A model generated the notes under the pieces. It searched no databases. It was not told the origin of the DNA and was given only the letters and a program-made list of their open reading frames with translations. Positions 13,269 through 25,731 of a stretch of 64,000 nt of DNA are shown here, piece by piece. A program made the position numbers and the translations under genes. Source of the stretch: Orbicella franksi. Taxonomy: Eukaryota. How positions within the stretch are numbered: the stretch's first letter is position 1; each line of letters opens with the position of its first letter. The stretch is taken from assembly GCA_964199315.1 (NCBI GenBank), contig OZ116699.1:26908001-26972000 (forward strand), read 5' to 3'.

Positions 13269-15090
13269 GAATCCTCTTAGAAATTTAGATTGTGATCGTT
13301 AAAATGCTTGTCGAAACCTAAAATGTAAACTTGATTTCTTTTGTTACACTTGTGGTCATATTTTTTATGATTTTTCTTTTCAAAGGTGAAATAAACGCAC
13401 CTCACGAGAAGTATTTTGAGTTAGTGTAGCTCGTGTGGGCGTACCGACCTTTGTACTTGGCCTTCATCCAGCGCTCATCAGCCTGCGTCGCGGGGATTTT
13501 TTGCTTGTTTTTATTCCAAGAACGAGTTTTATTTTCAGGCAAACAAATTAAAAACACGCGAGATATAATAGTTGAAAGGGCCAGAAGGTTTGGGCTTAGA
13601 CTTCGTTAAAATGGGCGAAGTGGTCGTGGAATGATGTTGTGCGTAATGTTCATTTTTAAAACCACTCTTCCATTGATGGTTGACCTTGAAACCTGTCTAC
13701 GGTATCTTCTTAAATTTATATAATTATATCCATTACTCGAAGCCAACAAATCAATCATTTTAACCAGTGTCCTTTGTTCTTTTTTCAAGTAAAGATGCGT
13801 GGAAAATTTGATTCTCAGCAGTAAAGATGAAATTTAATGAATATAAAGTCTAATGCATTTTTTGAACCGAGAAAACAACGTTTTGGACAAGATAGCCGGA
13901 AACAACAGGGTGGGATGGAGTCAGCACCTTTTTGGTCTTATCACCAATTTGCATCAACTCTGTTTTTTGATTGTATAACCCCAAGTGCACTGTTATGATA
14001 CACAGGTAGGTAAGCAAAGATAAAATTTTCTATGAGAATGAGAGGTGTAAAATAATCGCCGTCACAGTTCAGTTGTAAGAGGACATTTTGTTCCAGACAT
14101 TTTGCCTCAGTACTTTAAGAAAAAAACAGACGTTGCAAATTCCTCGTGCTGCGCTCGACTAAGTGATTTTGTCGATTTCGGAACAATTTGGTGCGAAAGA
14201 CCTGTCTTTGGTTGTCTTTCCTGAAGCCGCTGAGGTGAATAGAGCTCTTCGTCTGCTTTAGCGTTGTATTTGTTCGTGGTGAGTTAGACGACTTCAACTC
14301 CTGAAAGATCAGTTGCGCAAAAAGCCTTGTGTTTATCCGCAAGTGCTTGCGCTATTGATCTGGGTAGCAGTATCAGTGGGAAGAGTATACATATGGGGAA
14401 ATGCAGGGTTGACCAGGGTTTCAACGAGCTCCAAAGAGAGCTCCCGATCAACACGCAGCGTTTCGTAAAATGAAGACATTTTAAAGACTTTTGGAGTAAC
14501 ACATACACTGGTCTCCTTCCGCCAGTTTGTACTATTTTCTATATATTTCAGTGCTTTTGTCAGACAGACGCTTTCAAATTTAGCGCTCTGCATCCGAAAT
14601 TCATTTCCTTGTTTGAATAATATCCTGCTCATGCGCTCCCATGCGCTCCCCTCCACCACCAGACCGTTTTCGGCTAGCCCCGCTCGCCCTAGACCACACT
14701 CGACTAGCTCGCACTAAACCTAACCGGGAGCCTGTTTGCAGGCCTGTAGCTTTGCAGCTCTGAGATTAAGCAGTTAAGAACTGCAGTCTTGGCTGGTCTA
14801 AACTGCATCATGGGTATGAATCCCATTGAAGCCCAAATGCTTTTTTCTATACGAAATGGAAAGAAAAAAAAACGGATTGAATTTTTAAAACTAATGGATT
14901 TCGTCAGTAACTTGTTTCGATCTAATCAATTATCGATGTCATTTTCGGAAAAATTTGCTTATCATTATAAGTTGACAAATTTGCCACGTTGACAATGTGT
15001 CAAAAAATCTTGGGAAATATTTTGTGGGAGGAAATGCCAAATAAATTTTGCAAAGTCAATCTTTGAAATACCAAAATAAAGAAATTTTCG

Positions 15091-15384
15091 GATACAGACT
15101 CCAGCGTTCTTGCTTTTAAAGACTAAAAGATTAAGATGGTTTGGCCATGTCAGTCGTATGGGTCAGGAAACACTTCCCAAAGCCTTATTACAATGGAGGC
15201 CTGAGAATGCGAAGCGAAGAAGGGGAAGGTGTCGCACTCGATGGAGAGATGACGTGGAACGCAATGCTAAACTAGCCGGAATTGATCAAGATCTGGAGTC
15301 CATGGCAGTAGACAAGGCTCAATGGTGGGACATGCTCGCACTATTGGTGTCATAAGACCATGTTGTGATGATGATGATGATGAT
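15091..15384 (+). mobile_element. 5'-truncated RTE-clade LINE, C-terminus of ORF2 plus simple-repeat tail
   Basis: Translation KRLRWFGHVSRM...PKALL...KRRRGRCRTRWRDDV...AVDKAQW matches the post-RT C-terminal motif of RTE-type LINEs. It ends in (GAT)6 at 15367-15384. Confidence 0.85.
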
Positions 15385-16318
15385 ACTACTGTTTCAGTTG
15401 TCAAAAGATGTTAGGAGAACTTAGATCCTGAATGAACACTTAATAGCACACAATCATTAACAGTCCTTTTGTTTTCCACGGAACGATGCTCTGGTTTTTT
15501 CTCAGCCTATTTGACATACCGCTTTTGTCACGTGCAATTCACAACAAAATACTCAGAACGTGAGCACGTGTGGAATTGTAATCAAGCGGACGAGACTCAA
15601 ATGCAATTTCAGAAACAAGAATTTTTTTTACTTCAGTGTGACAAAAAAAAAAAAAACAAAAAACAAAAAAGAAAAAAAAATAGGTACGCTTACCTATCAC
15701 CTGTTGACTTTGGTTTTCAATTCGGCATGTTCGGCCTCTTCAATTTAGTGATTTTTGTCTTCGGTGTATAGACCAATGTTTCCACATTCTGTGGAATAAT
15801 CATAGAAAATTATGATAGCTCACTAAAGAGGAACTAATTCGCGCATATATTTGTGAAGGAAAACATTCTTGACTGAGGAAAAATTGAATTGGCATTTTGA
15901 AAGCGTAAGAACTTATAGTTTGTATGGTATTTAGCACTTTCTGCCGTTAAATAATGTTGAAATCGCGAAATGAAGTTCACGATACAATATTTGGTTTTGC
16001 TTTCTATTGCTACGTTGTGTTTTTAAATAATTTGAGCGACTTTTGATATGTATATATTTGGTCATGTACTACGCCTTAAAACCAATGTTGGAAAACGCAA
16101 AGGTTCAATTCTAGCTGTCGACTCACTTCGGAATGTTCTTGAATGTTAACACAAAACAGCTAGGACAGGAATAGTGCAAGAATGTAAGAACGGTTCAGTA
16201 CATTGAAACTGCACATACCTCTTTTCTTAACGGAATAAACAGCTCCAAAAAATGAAGTATTATTTTGAAATTGCCGCCACTTACATCTGCGCAGCCTCAA
16301 GTTTTCGCGTGCGAATAT

Positions 16319-16411
16319 CGTACCCAGAGCCCGCGCCTCCCCGAGACGAGCGGTCGGGAACTGGTGTAGGGGAGCTCGCGAGGTCTAGGCTCGAGATTGA
16401 CTCTGGGTACG
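16319..16411. mobile_element. 93-bp micro-MITE
   Basis: Inverted termini CGTACCCAGAG/CTCTGGGTACG around a GC-rich core. Confidence 0.45.
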
Positions 16412-17343
16412 TGGATACTTCTTCTTCGCTTTCTTGCTAAACAACAACATGCTTAATAAGCAATCAGACTATAATCTGGGACAGCAGAATAGCTGATGCG
16501 CAAATTTTGCGGGAGATATTGACGGATTTAACGGAACTCATTAGCCTCCGAAAAAGTTTGGTTGTCATCAGTGTGATTTTTCGTGCGGTGTCCGTCCGTC
16601 CGTCCGTACGCCATTTACACCGATCAGACGATGTTAGTCAAGTTAATGAAATGAGCCCTCTCTGAACTAGTCCCGATGATGGTAGCGTTCACCCTGCCCG
16701 AGCATTTCATCCTTATGATAATCCTATTTTCTGTGAACAGTGTTTAAATGAGCCAGGAGTTTGGTTCTTTGAATGGTTTTTTCATATGAATGTTTCTTTG
16801 AATGCATAACGTAAAAAGTTAACTTGATCTACCTTTTGATCTTAAATGGGTTAAATTAGGGAACATATACCAAAACGAACGAAAGAGGTCTGGTTTATGA
16901 GCTTGCCAGTGTAATTGGAACAAACGGAAATTCTTAGAGCCATAGAAATTCATAGCACTACAGATCCTTTTGTTTTAAAACAAATCCTGGTGGAAACCTT
17001 TTCCAAGGGAGACGAGCTTCACTTTCTCGTTCACGGTCTTACAAAACTAGTGTATTTTCATATGAAAGGTTTTCCGCCAGGAATCGTTTTGAAATGTTTC
17101 AAGGCAACCCGGAAATGGAAAGTCAGGGTTAGGGTTACAGGCATTCTTTGACTAGTTCATTATTTGTTCGTTTGTTTTTTCAAATGAATACCTGGGCCTG
17201 AAGTGCTCTCTATAGCACATCAATTAACAACAACAGCATTAACAAAAGAGTAGTAGACGGAGATCGTATTCAGTTTTATTCTCTGATTGAGATAACTTTG
17301 TTCGTTCAACATGTATATGTTTAGGAGACAACGATAAAAACCT

Positions 17344-17597
17344 TTAGATTGCGATGCTACATGAATTCGCAAACAAGGCATCACTGACAAGTTGAATTCC
17401 CATCTTTTCGACAAAATCAGCGTAATTTTTGATAATTGGCGAGTTGCAGTTCTTTTTCTCGGCTACTTTACGGTAGCATGCAAACCACTGGGCCGAATCA
17501 CCACAAATGCGTTCGTTTTGCTTCATCAAATCCAGGAACGTTTTACTGCACATGGTATGAACTTCGGCAGCACATGGGTCGAACGAGTCTCCGAGGC
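17344..17597 (-). CDS. Secreted double RGM-N/neuritin-like protein A, coding exon 3 (domain 2 and stop)
   Basis: Acceptor (GTT)10-TTTCAG|; phase 1 matches exon 2. Encodes (G)LGDSFDPCAAEVHTMCSKTFLDLMKQNERICGDSAQWFACYRKVAEKKNCNSPIIKNYADFVEKMGIQLVSDALFANSCSIAI*. AATAAA on minus at 17280-17275. Aligns with exon 3 of paralog B. Confidence 0.85.
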
Positions 17598-17602
17598 CTG
17601 AA

Positions 17603-17603
<1 letters not shown>

Positions 17604-17633
<30 letters not shown>
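17604..17633. repeat. (AAC)10 microsatellite forming the acceptor tract of gene A exon 3
   Basis: Ten perfect AAC units; on minus they read (GTT)10 directly before TTTCAG. Confidence 0.95.
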
Positions 17634-17635
<2 letters not shown>

Positions 17636-17945
17636 ATAACATTCTAATGACCACCAACCTCAGTTATAGCGTTTATAAAGGAACCAGCGATTGTGAAAGA
17701 CTGCATTTATAATTATTAATTCGATGAATTAGTTGTCCATTATTAAGAATTCCTTACCATAGTTTTCAACCAGTGTATGCTCCTTGGCAACATCTGCGTA
17801 TAAAAAGTTTGAATTGAACCTCAGAAGACTGATATTATAATATTATTCTATTACATTTTCATTGAGATTGCTATGTTGCTTTATAATTATTGATATTATG
17901 TTTGTATTAAGTTTCTTTTCACTCTTATGAAATACTTTAATTGTT

Positions 17946-18195
17946 AGAGTTTATAATGTATAAACACAGGCTTACCATTACTGTGGCTGTTTCTGGTTTT
18001 ATTTTATTTTTTTTATTTATTTAGTAATTTAGAGAGCATAAAGCACATTTATGGACTTCTACTAAATAATTTAATTTTTAGAGTTTATAACGTATACATA
18101 CAGGCTTACCATTATTGTGACTGTTTCTGGTTTTATTTTTATTTATTTTTCTTTAGCAATTCGAGAGAGTTTAAAGCAAATTTGTGGCCTTAAAG
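17946..18195. repeat. Tandem duplication, period about 134 bp, in intron 2 of gene A
   Basis: AGAGTTTATAA..GTATA.A.ACAGGCTTACCATTA.TGTG.CTGTTTCTGGTTTTATTT starts at 17946 and at 18080. Confidence 0.85.
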
Positions 18196-18209
18196 TTTTG
18201 ACTCTCCTC

Positions 18210-18497
18210 TTCTCAAACTCATTATATAACTCATCAAGTTTAGACAAAGGAAGTCATGACCGTGATGGTGTTTGGATATCTGATCTTAATTAGCATGGGA
18301 TTTTACGATTATTTCTACGTTTTCTCCTTAGTTTTAGTTTCGATTGAGAAGATATATCAAACGCTCCAGACAGTATTTGACCACATTTCCAAACACCTCG
18401 AATTTCGTCAAAAATACTCCGCGGCGCGTCGTATTTGCAACTCTCTTCTCGGTGTTTTGAAATGTGGTCAAACACGGTCTTTCGTGTTTGATATATT
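18210..18497. mobile_element. Hairpin-capped non-autonomous element, family 2, copy b (inverted relative to 4285-4568)
   Basis: Colinear reverse complement of 4285-4568; the hairpin tip reads GCGCCGC rather than GCGCAGC. Confidence 0.7.
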
Positions 18498-18709
18498 ACT
18501 AGAATATCTTAATCTACCCATGAAATACTTCTAAGACACCGGCCAATCTGACCGGTACGAGAAGAAATTATTTCATATTTAGGTATTCTCTTCCTTCAGA
18601 GCTCGCCGTCCTCGAGAGAAAAGTATGACCTAATTTGGGTTTAAAATCAGGTATATGAAGTTGGGTCGTAAATTCACTCTCTGAGCAATAATATTTCAGT
18701 TTCATTTAC

Positions 18710-18866
18710 CTGTGTTTTCAACACAATCCTTCAGGCTTTTGTAGTTCACTTGTGGGCAGATTTTTAGTTTGACTTCTAACATTGCTTCTTGCAAAATCCA
18801 GAAGCGAAAGCGGTTTATTGATGGTCCTTTGCAAGAAGGATTCTCAGCAAAGGATAATACAACGTC
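18710..18866 (-). CDS. Secreted double RGM-N/neuritin-like protein A, coding exon 2
   Basis: Acceptor ttgaatcacag|, donor ACAG|gtaaat; 157 nt, phase 0 to 1. Encodes DVVLSFAENPSCKGPSINRFRFWILQEAMLEVKLKICPQVNYKSLKDCVENT. Absent from the ORF track; aligns with exon 2 of paralog B. Confidence 0.85.
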
Positions 18867-19189
18867 CTGTGATTCAACGAGAAATTCAAAAGAAATAACT
18901 AAGTGACTAGTTTTAATTTGGGTAAACTAGTACTATATCCGATAGAGCTGGAACTTTGAAATGTCAATTTTGTGGCAGGTAGAAGTGATGAGGTGGGGGA
19001 AAAGGAAGAAAAGAATGAATGAAGTCACTGAGAAAAGCAAGAAAGGCTTATACAGTCCAAAAATACGCCGACAGTGATCACCTTGTTTTCCAACTTGAAG
19101 AGTAATTTATAGACTACAGCAAGAAGAAGGCTAATTTACAAAAATACGAACAACTTACAACAAGCTATTTGTAGAATCACTTGATTTAC

Positions 19190-19363
19190 CTGGACACGTG
19201 AGCAATGATCTTCCGGATTGGGTTTGGCTCTGAGAATCCCCTTGTACTTAGAAATACATCCGTGAATCAATTCTATCTCACAGTTCCCTGCTCCTTCGGC
19301 AGAAAACAGGATGAACAAGAAAACGGAAAAAAAAAGCAAGCCAGTTGACCTCACAATGCTCAT
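19190..19363 (-). CDS. Secreted double RGM-N/neuritin-like protein A, coding exon 1 (signal peptide)
   Basis: MSIVRSTGLLFFSVFLFILFSAEGAGNCEIELIHGCISKYKGILRAKPNPEDHCSRVQ; donor CAG|gtaaat, phase 0; 5' UTR acceptor tttctacag just upstream of the ATG. Spliced product 194 aa. Confidence 0.88.
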
Positions 19364-20730
19364 GATGGCTTTCTTGGTAAACTGTAGAAATTCAAAAGAC
19401 AAATTATTGTTGCGGAATCTACTAAACTCCAGTGTCTCCTTCGCTGTCTCGCTGCAGCGACCTGTAGAGAAAAACTGACTGGAGAACGTGCTTGGCCAAG
19501 TGACTAACTGTTTAGCAATTATATATTTCACTTAGATTAGGTTAGGACCTAAACTGCTGTGATTTTTCAGTGTCAAGCTATTGATTGACACAAAGGTAAT
19601 CGAATTTTCCGAAAGGTTTGCATCGGAAATCTGCGGGCACCAGTAATTAGGGAGAATTTGTGGTCGATAATTTGACAACTAAAAGGGGAGTCTTTTTTGT
19701 TGTCTTCCTATCTTAATCATCAATCACGAATTTATTGGCTATATAGCTACTCTGTAAATTCGAGTATAAATAAAGTCTTTGTTATGTATGTATAAACGGT
19801 CGTAAAAATGAACCACATGTTATGACATAAAGAAGACAACGCACGAGTGATGAGACCACTGATTAGTCATATGCCATTAATCTATTGAAAGAAAAGGTTG
19901 TTTCCGATAAAGAACATACATTTCCGATTAGTGGAAGGTCATTTGTTGAAATGATTTGGTTATATTACACCCAGGAAGGAGACTATACAACGGCACCAAG
20001 ATTAACAAACAACATTAATTAAAGCAGATTTATCATCATAAAATTAAAATTAAAACAATAATTTGCAAGCAAACAACAGATTGATTAAAATGTTGATCGT
20101 GGATGGGATGTTTTGAAACCCGTAACCATGTGATCCTTTTCCTCCCTGAATATAATAGCATCGATTGAAACAAGCTACCTATGATAAGGAGAAATAGAGA
20201 ACGTTTTTTGAAGAGGAGTACATTTCAGTCCGTGATTAGGCCGGAAAGAAAGTGCTGTTTTTTTTTAAGAACACAAAATAAACAGCAAACGTGATTTCCC
20301 ACGCAGTCTTTTGAGAGAATTCCAGGGTTAATGGAACGCCGCCTAGAAAGTTTTGTTCAGTGTAGAAACGCTTAAGAAAACTAGCATTGATACCAGAAAG
20401 ACCCAACAGATGCAACTTTGTTTCTCTTAGTTGGGCGAAGAAACTTCGGAGAAGAAAATCGTTCATTGTGACCAATCGTTATTTTCGGCGGTGGTTTTAC
20501 AAAGGGTTGTTAGCTTTCATTATGTTTACTAACGAGCTTAAAGTTAAACGCAGTACTAACATGCAGTTTTCTTATATACACGCCTCTTGCAGCTGTTGTA
20601 GAAGTGGTTAACCACAGTGTATAATGGAAAAGACAAAATCGTGGTCCTTTTCAGTTGATAGTTGCCCAAGATTGAGATTTTCCAGATTGGTCAGTATAAA
20701 GAATGTTTTTTTGCTGCCCTTGTATCCGTT

Positions 20731-20952
20731 GGGAGCTTTAGCAAACCGCCATGACGAGGCCAACAAAACCGTTGTGAAACAAGCAGAACAATGGTTATGC
20801 ACGTGCGTTATAAATCTTTGCACAATTTGCAACCTACCTCTGCAAAACAACAACGTGAAATGACCAATTTCTGAGGGGTTTGGACAACGCGAGCCTTGGC
20901 CCCTAATTTCCGTCGTCCTTGGATCGTCGTCGTCGTCATTGCTTAAGCTACC
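20731..20952. mobile_element. MITE with GG(G/T)AGCTT(T/A)AGCAA termini
   Basis: Imperfect 14-bp TIRs at 20731 and 20952; internal (CGT)n run near the right end. Confidence 0.6.
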
Positions 20953-22478
20953 TAGCATGCAGATATATCTCAGGGACGCGAGCGACTGTCTAGAGGACAT
21001 CTTGAGCAAAAAGTTAGACCAAGAACCTGACTTTATGATCATGAAAATTAAGTAAAACACCGAGATATTTAATTTTCAATTTTTTAGTATGGAGCAAACC
21101 AAATCAAGAATCGCCGGAAATTTCGTTACCTGTCCCTCAATTCTCTTGAAACGTTTCGCTGATTTCCTCCCTAGCTTCGTGAATGAAGGTCTTTTCAAGA
21201 ACTGAGTTGAAACCATTTCAATAGCTGCGGTCCGCCTCTCGGCTCATAAAGACCTTGGTACTTATGCAATTTTGAGACTTTCCTGGGTAACAAGCCAATG
21301 GAGTAACAAATGTACCCAAGTGTTACGCTAGATTAAAGAGAAGCATATATTGAACTGTACCTTGCGTTAGAAATGGAATGTCCCAGTTGAAGGTCTTCTG
21401 CAGAAAATTGAGATCACAAAGTGGGGCAATTAGTTTAGAAAATCTTTTGTATACACATTTGTGCACGTAATGATGTGAAAGAAAGCAGCTGCCGTAAATA
21501 AACATTATTATTCAATCTTTTGGGCTTCTGTTTTAGTAAATAAACGAGACAAACTGTGGTCTTTAAATTATTTCTTTTGAGGCAGTTACTGCCGTGAAGT
21601 AATTCTAAATACTTCAGCAAGTTTGTAGCATCAAATAAAGACTGAGCTCTTGAGGAGTAAGACAATCATCGAATGTCTACATGAAGCACGAGATCACTCT
21701 CTTGTAAGTTTCTGTTTTATAAATTATTCATTTACTTGGTCATAGGTGTTGAAATTCTCAATTTCAAGAAAAAAGGTTAATTAACACATTTCTTCAACAG
21801 AGTAACAAAAGAGAGTTGTCACTGTGTTCAGCGCTGCAAAATTCGCCTAGAAGGGTAGAACTCCATTTTTCCAGTGTTTATTTACAATCCTTTTATGAAA
21901 ACACGATAAGATAACATGAAATACTAATAAGTATCTATAAATAGTTATTTGTCCTGATTTCTAAGTTTGAAATTAGCAGTTAATAAACTTGATCATGAAT
22001 TTATAAATTTAGGTTATACGCTCCAGGCACATCAAAACAAGAAGATCTTTTTAACAAAAATAAGGGGAGAGGACAAATCACTAAAATCAAACAGTGCAAA
22101 AAATATTGGATTGTGTTGATTAATTTACAAAGCTGAAAAACTAATGAATTGTGAGACTTTATAACTTTTTTCATAAAGAAGTCCATCATTACTAAGTTAC
22201 TATGGCTGCAACAGTGGCACTTACCAATCTGTCCAAGATAGACCAGATGAAAAAACATTCCCAGAAAATGTCGTCATTGTTATCAAAGAAGAATGATGCA
22301 AATATTTACTTATATCACCTAGTCAATAAGGAAAATAAGTGAATCTTCTATCTAAGAGGAAACATAAGTCTCGCTTCTTTTATGTAAGAAAAAAAAAAAG
22401 CAAAACGAAATAGTTAACACACGTTACAGTATTGTCAGCACTGAATAGTAATTTCACTAACGCCTTATATGAACATAT

Positions 22479-22700
22479 GGGAGACTCGGTTGGCCTAATG
22501 TTTGAGGTGTTTGGACTGTAGATCAAACAGCCTTGTTTCAAGCACTGTCAAGGTCACTGCGTTGTGTTCTTTACTGGCAATGCACTTGACTCTCCACTGA
22601 CCTAGCAGTAAAAATGGGTATTGGCAGACTGTTTGTAAAACATCATTAAATGCTGGGGGTAAAACTGCTATTGACTACAGCCCAATTAAGGGGAAGGTAC
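22479..22700 (+). mobile_element. Old tRNA-derived SINE remnant (SINE2 with Deu/Nin-type core, tentative)
   Basis: Degenerate A/B-box head (GGCCTAATGTTTGAGG...GTTTCAAGC) followed by GTTGTGTTCTT...AAATGGGTA...AATGCTGGGGGTAA, resembling the conserved core of cnidarian SINE2s. Family call is from recall. Confidence 0.5.
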
Positions 22701-23353
22701 CTATACTAGTAATAGAGTTTAGTTAATAATCCTCATAATTTTAAGCCATTGCTTTGTTCCTACTTAGGTTTTATCGCATTGCATGTATTTAACCCTTCTT
22801 TAATGCGCATTTTTTGGAAATTCAAACGGATGCTTTATTCTATTTTTAACAAAAATTATAAATACTCCAAATCTCTTCAAAAACGTCACATGATCATTGA
22901 CTGTCGAAGATAATACTGTGTTTGCTTTGACGTTTAGTTTACTGCATGGGTAAGAGCAAGGGGTTTCCAAATAAGGTCACTTGCCTATAGAATCTGTGAA
23001 CGCACGTTGCACTTTTCAGCCACTTATGGGTCTCTGCTGTAATGCAAATGGTCACGTAATAGGTTTCTACGAAAACCATTGTGCTGTGTTAGCGGGCATG
23101 TGATACACTTGGTTGATTATAATTTTTAAATGATAACAACTTAAAAGTTGTTCAATCAACCGCAGTAGCAAAAATCACGTCTAGCAGGTATCGCTTCGAG
23201 AGGTAGCCCTTCATCGAAGGAACCTTGACAAAAAGGACAACAACGCAAATTATGTACGCTGTAGTTTTAAGATTTATTTTGCATCATGATAACGTTAACA
23301 AGTATGATTGGTTGGATGCGTGTCACAACCAACGAACTTAACGAAAAGCACGA

Positions 23354-23574
23354 CTAGGAATTGCAGTCAGTTACAAGCTCAGTCACCAATTCTCCAACGT
23401 ACTTGGCATAACGGACTATGGCAGATTCTTGGTTACAGTTGCTGTTGTTGTAGCATTGCAGCCAATCTCTGCCATCATCGCAAATGCGATGGTTATTTTT
23501 TACTTCATCAACAAACATTTTGTTGCACCCAAGGTGGACACGCCTTGCACAGTTCTTGTCGACATCAGAAATAA
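23354..23574 (-). CDS. Secreted double RGM-N/neuritin-like protein B, coding exon 3 (domain 2 and stop)
   Basis: Acceptor tatttcttttatcag|, phase 1. Encodes (F)ISDVDKNCARRVHLGCNKMFVDEVKNNHRICDDGRDWLQCYNNSNCNQESAIVRYAKYVGELVTELVTDCNS*. AATAAA on minus at 23278-23273. Absent from the ORF track. Confidence 0.87.
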
Positions 23575-24763
23575 CTGATAAAAGAAATAGTAAGGAATCA
23601 CTCTTTCACACACCTTGAGATAGGTGTTAAAACGTTTACGAATTATGCCCACTACAATTACTCTAAACGTGACAAATAAACACTCTGGGTTTTCTATAAT
23701 GAAGATGCACTAATTTCTTTTTTTACACTACAGGAATATAATATATGAAAACAAATCAATGAAAAAATAAATGAAATAAATCACTTACTGGAAGTCCGCA
23801 AGAAGTTATAGAAACGCTTTGGTATTGCTATAATCGACGACAATAACAAAAAAAAAAACATTAATTAATTAAAAGCATCATTCGTCATCTAACGAACACT
23901 GTCCCACACCCTGGTATAGTTTAGGAGTGAGTGAAGGAGGTTGTAGGAATTGAGAGTAATTTTCCTGGAGCCGGATTGTACAGGGTCATGCAGGAACGGT
24001 CACGCTAGTTTTGGGGACCCACGTCTATGCCATCGTTCAATTTTAATAAGACGCTAAGTATTTAGTCAGTGCTATACACTAGCTGCTTAACGATGAAAAT
24101 ATATTTCTGAGGTTCATGGGCGGCTGTTTAATTCCAATTGCGCCTCAGCAACATTTCTAACGAACAGAAATAAGGTCATGTTCTTGGCAATCAGCTCTCT
24201 TTAGTCTTGCTTGAGTCTTTTGTTGTCGACAGAATGGGATAACCTAGGCCCTTTAGGGTGAGTTTAAAAGTAGACAAACGCAGCAGTCCTAGGGGAGATC
24301 TTGGCTTTTTATTTTAACTTCAATTCTGTTAATGGCCTTACCATAACTGGAGTCCGCAGTTGAATTTGATTTGCTTTGTTACATATTCTTCCTTGCCGCT
24401 TTAATTTAAAAGAGGCCTGTTTTCGGCATTTCAAAGCAACAAGTTTTATTGGCCTGCAACACTCGGATCTCCATATTAAGTAGTAAGGAATTATTATACC
24501 GAAAAGTTGCGGGAAAATTCGGGATTACCGATGCGATAGAGCAACAACTTTACTCCAACTACAGAATGGAAATAAAATGGAAATTAACTTTTGTTATAAC
24601 ATCTAACCACGACCTGCATAATATGAACACCCCGTTTGGCTATTGATTAACCCGCTCATATCTGAAGTCGTCACTGTTCGGTCAAATTGATAGCGTTCGT
24701 TCATATATATATGAAGGGGTAGTCAACATTAAAAGGAAAATTCTATATAGAGCTTGGACTTAC

Positions 24764-24932
24764 AATCATCAGGCAATTTTCTGTAGAAGTTTTGCAGTCT
24801 TTGGTCATCAATTTCACACAAGTCAAGATACTTCTCCAACGTGCGAACCATTAACACCCATCCTCTCCAGCGTTTAATCATTCTACCCCGGGTGCATTCA
24901 GGGTTTTCTGACCAAAAACAGCCAAATACATC
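24764..24932 (-). CDS. Secreted double RGM-N/neuritin-like protein B, coding exon 2
   Basis: Acceptor cttattgcag|, donor GATT|gtaagt; 169 nt, phase 0 to 1. Encodes DVFGCFWSENPECTRGRMIKRWRGWVLMVRTLEKYLDLCEIDDQRLQNFYRKLPDD. Confidence 0.87.
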
Positions 24933-25328
24933 CTGCAATAAGAGAAGCTATCAGTTTTCAAAGAAACTTTTGGGCTGCATCGACGGGCAAGTGAAACACT
25001 TAGCTGGTTATCAGCTTCAAGTTCAAAAAGGTAAGAAAATCGCGAAGCAAACGTTTCGAGCAATGGAATTATGGCCAACGCTCGAAAAATCACCGTCACA
25101 GACTCGCTGCGGCAGTTTATCCACCTTTATCAACCTCAAGTTGATTAGCAGCTACGAACATGCCGCAGAGTTCAACGTGGGATGAGTTATTTGCTCCTTT
25201 TCAAAGTGATAACGAAATAAAAAAGCTGACGTTAGCTATTGCATTTAGTTTAGTATAGCTTCAGTTATAGAGTAGAATATTGTACATGTATGAGGCTTAC
25301 GGGCCTACAATAGATGTACTTATTCCTC

Positions 25329-25405
25329 TACAACAACAAAACAACAAAACAACAAAACAACAACAACAACAACAACAACAACACAAAAAGCTACAACAAC
25401 AACAA
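25329..25405. repeat. Compound (AAC)n/(AAAAC)n microsatellite in the intron between coding exons 1 and 2 of gene B
   Basis: Interrupted AAC runs read directly from the sequence. Confidence 0.85.
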
Positions 25406-25731
25406 AAAACAGCTCGACAACAAAACCTCCTGAAACCAGATAACCCAACGCCCGACAATTCAATAATTCGTTATTTCCTCTTCCATGAATCGCAATAAAA
25501 TGTGGGGCTGCAAACCTTAAATAATGTAGACATTTGTAATTTGCTGTGACAGTTACATTGTCTAAATTGCAATAAAAACCTGGTTTGGATATTTTTGGAC
25601 TTTGAACAGCTAAGCTGACCCTTAGCTTTGGTGAGGCATTTTCAATCGACACTTCTCCGTCGGACCAGTGTTCAGTTTATTCAACTGACGTGAAAGGACC
25701 AATTTATGTAAATAGAAGTCTCAAGAATTAC

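Noticed and set aside
18568-18629. Short alternative terminal exon for gene A (GHTFLSRTASSEGREYLNMK*)
   Set aside because: Phase-compatible but weak acceptor and no counterpart in paralog B, whereas 17344-17597 aligns fully with B exon 3. It could only be a minor isoform.
25320-25652. Poly-Val and poly-Gln ORFs
   Set aside because: Translations of the (AAC)n microsatellite.
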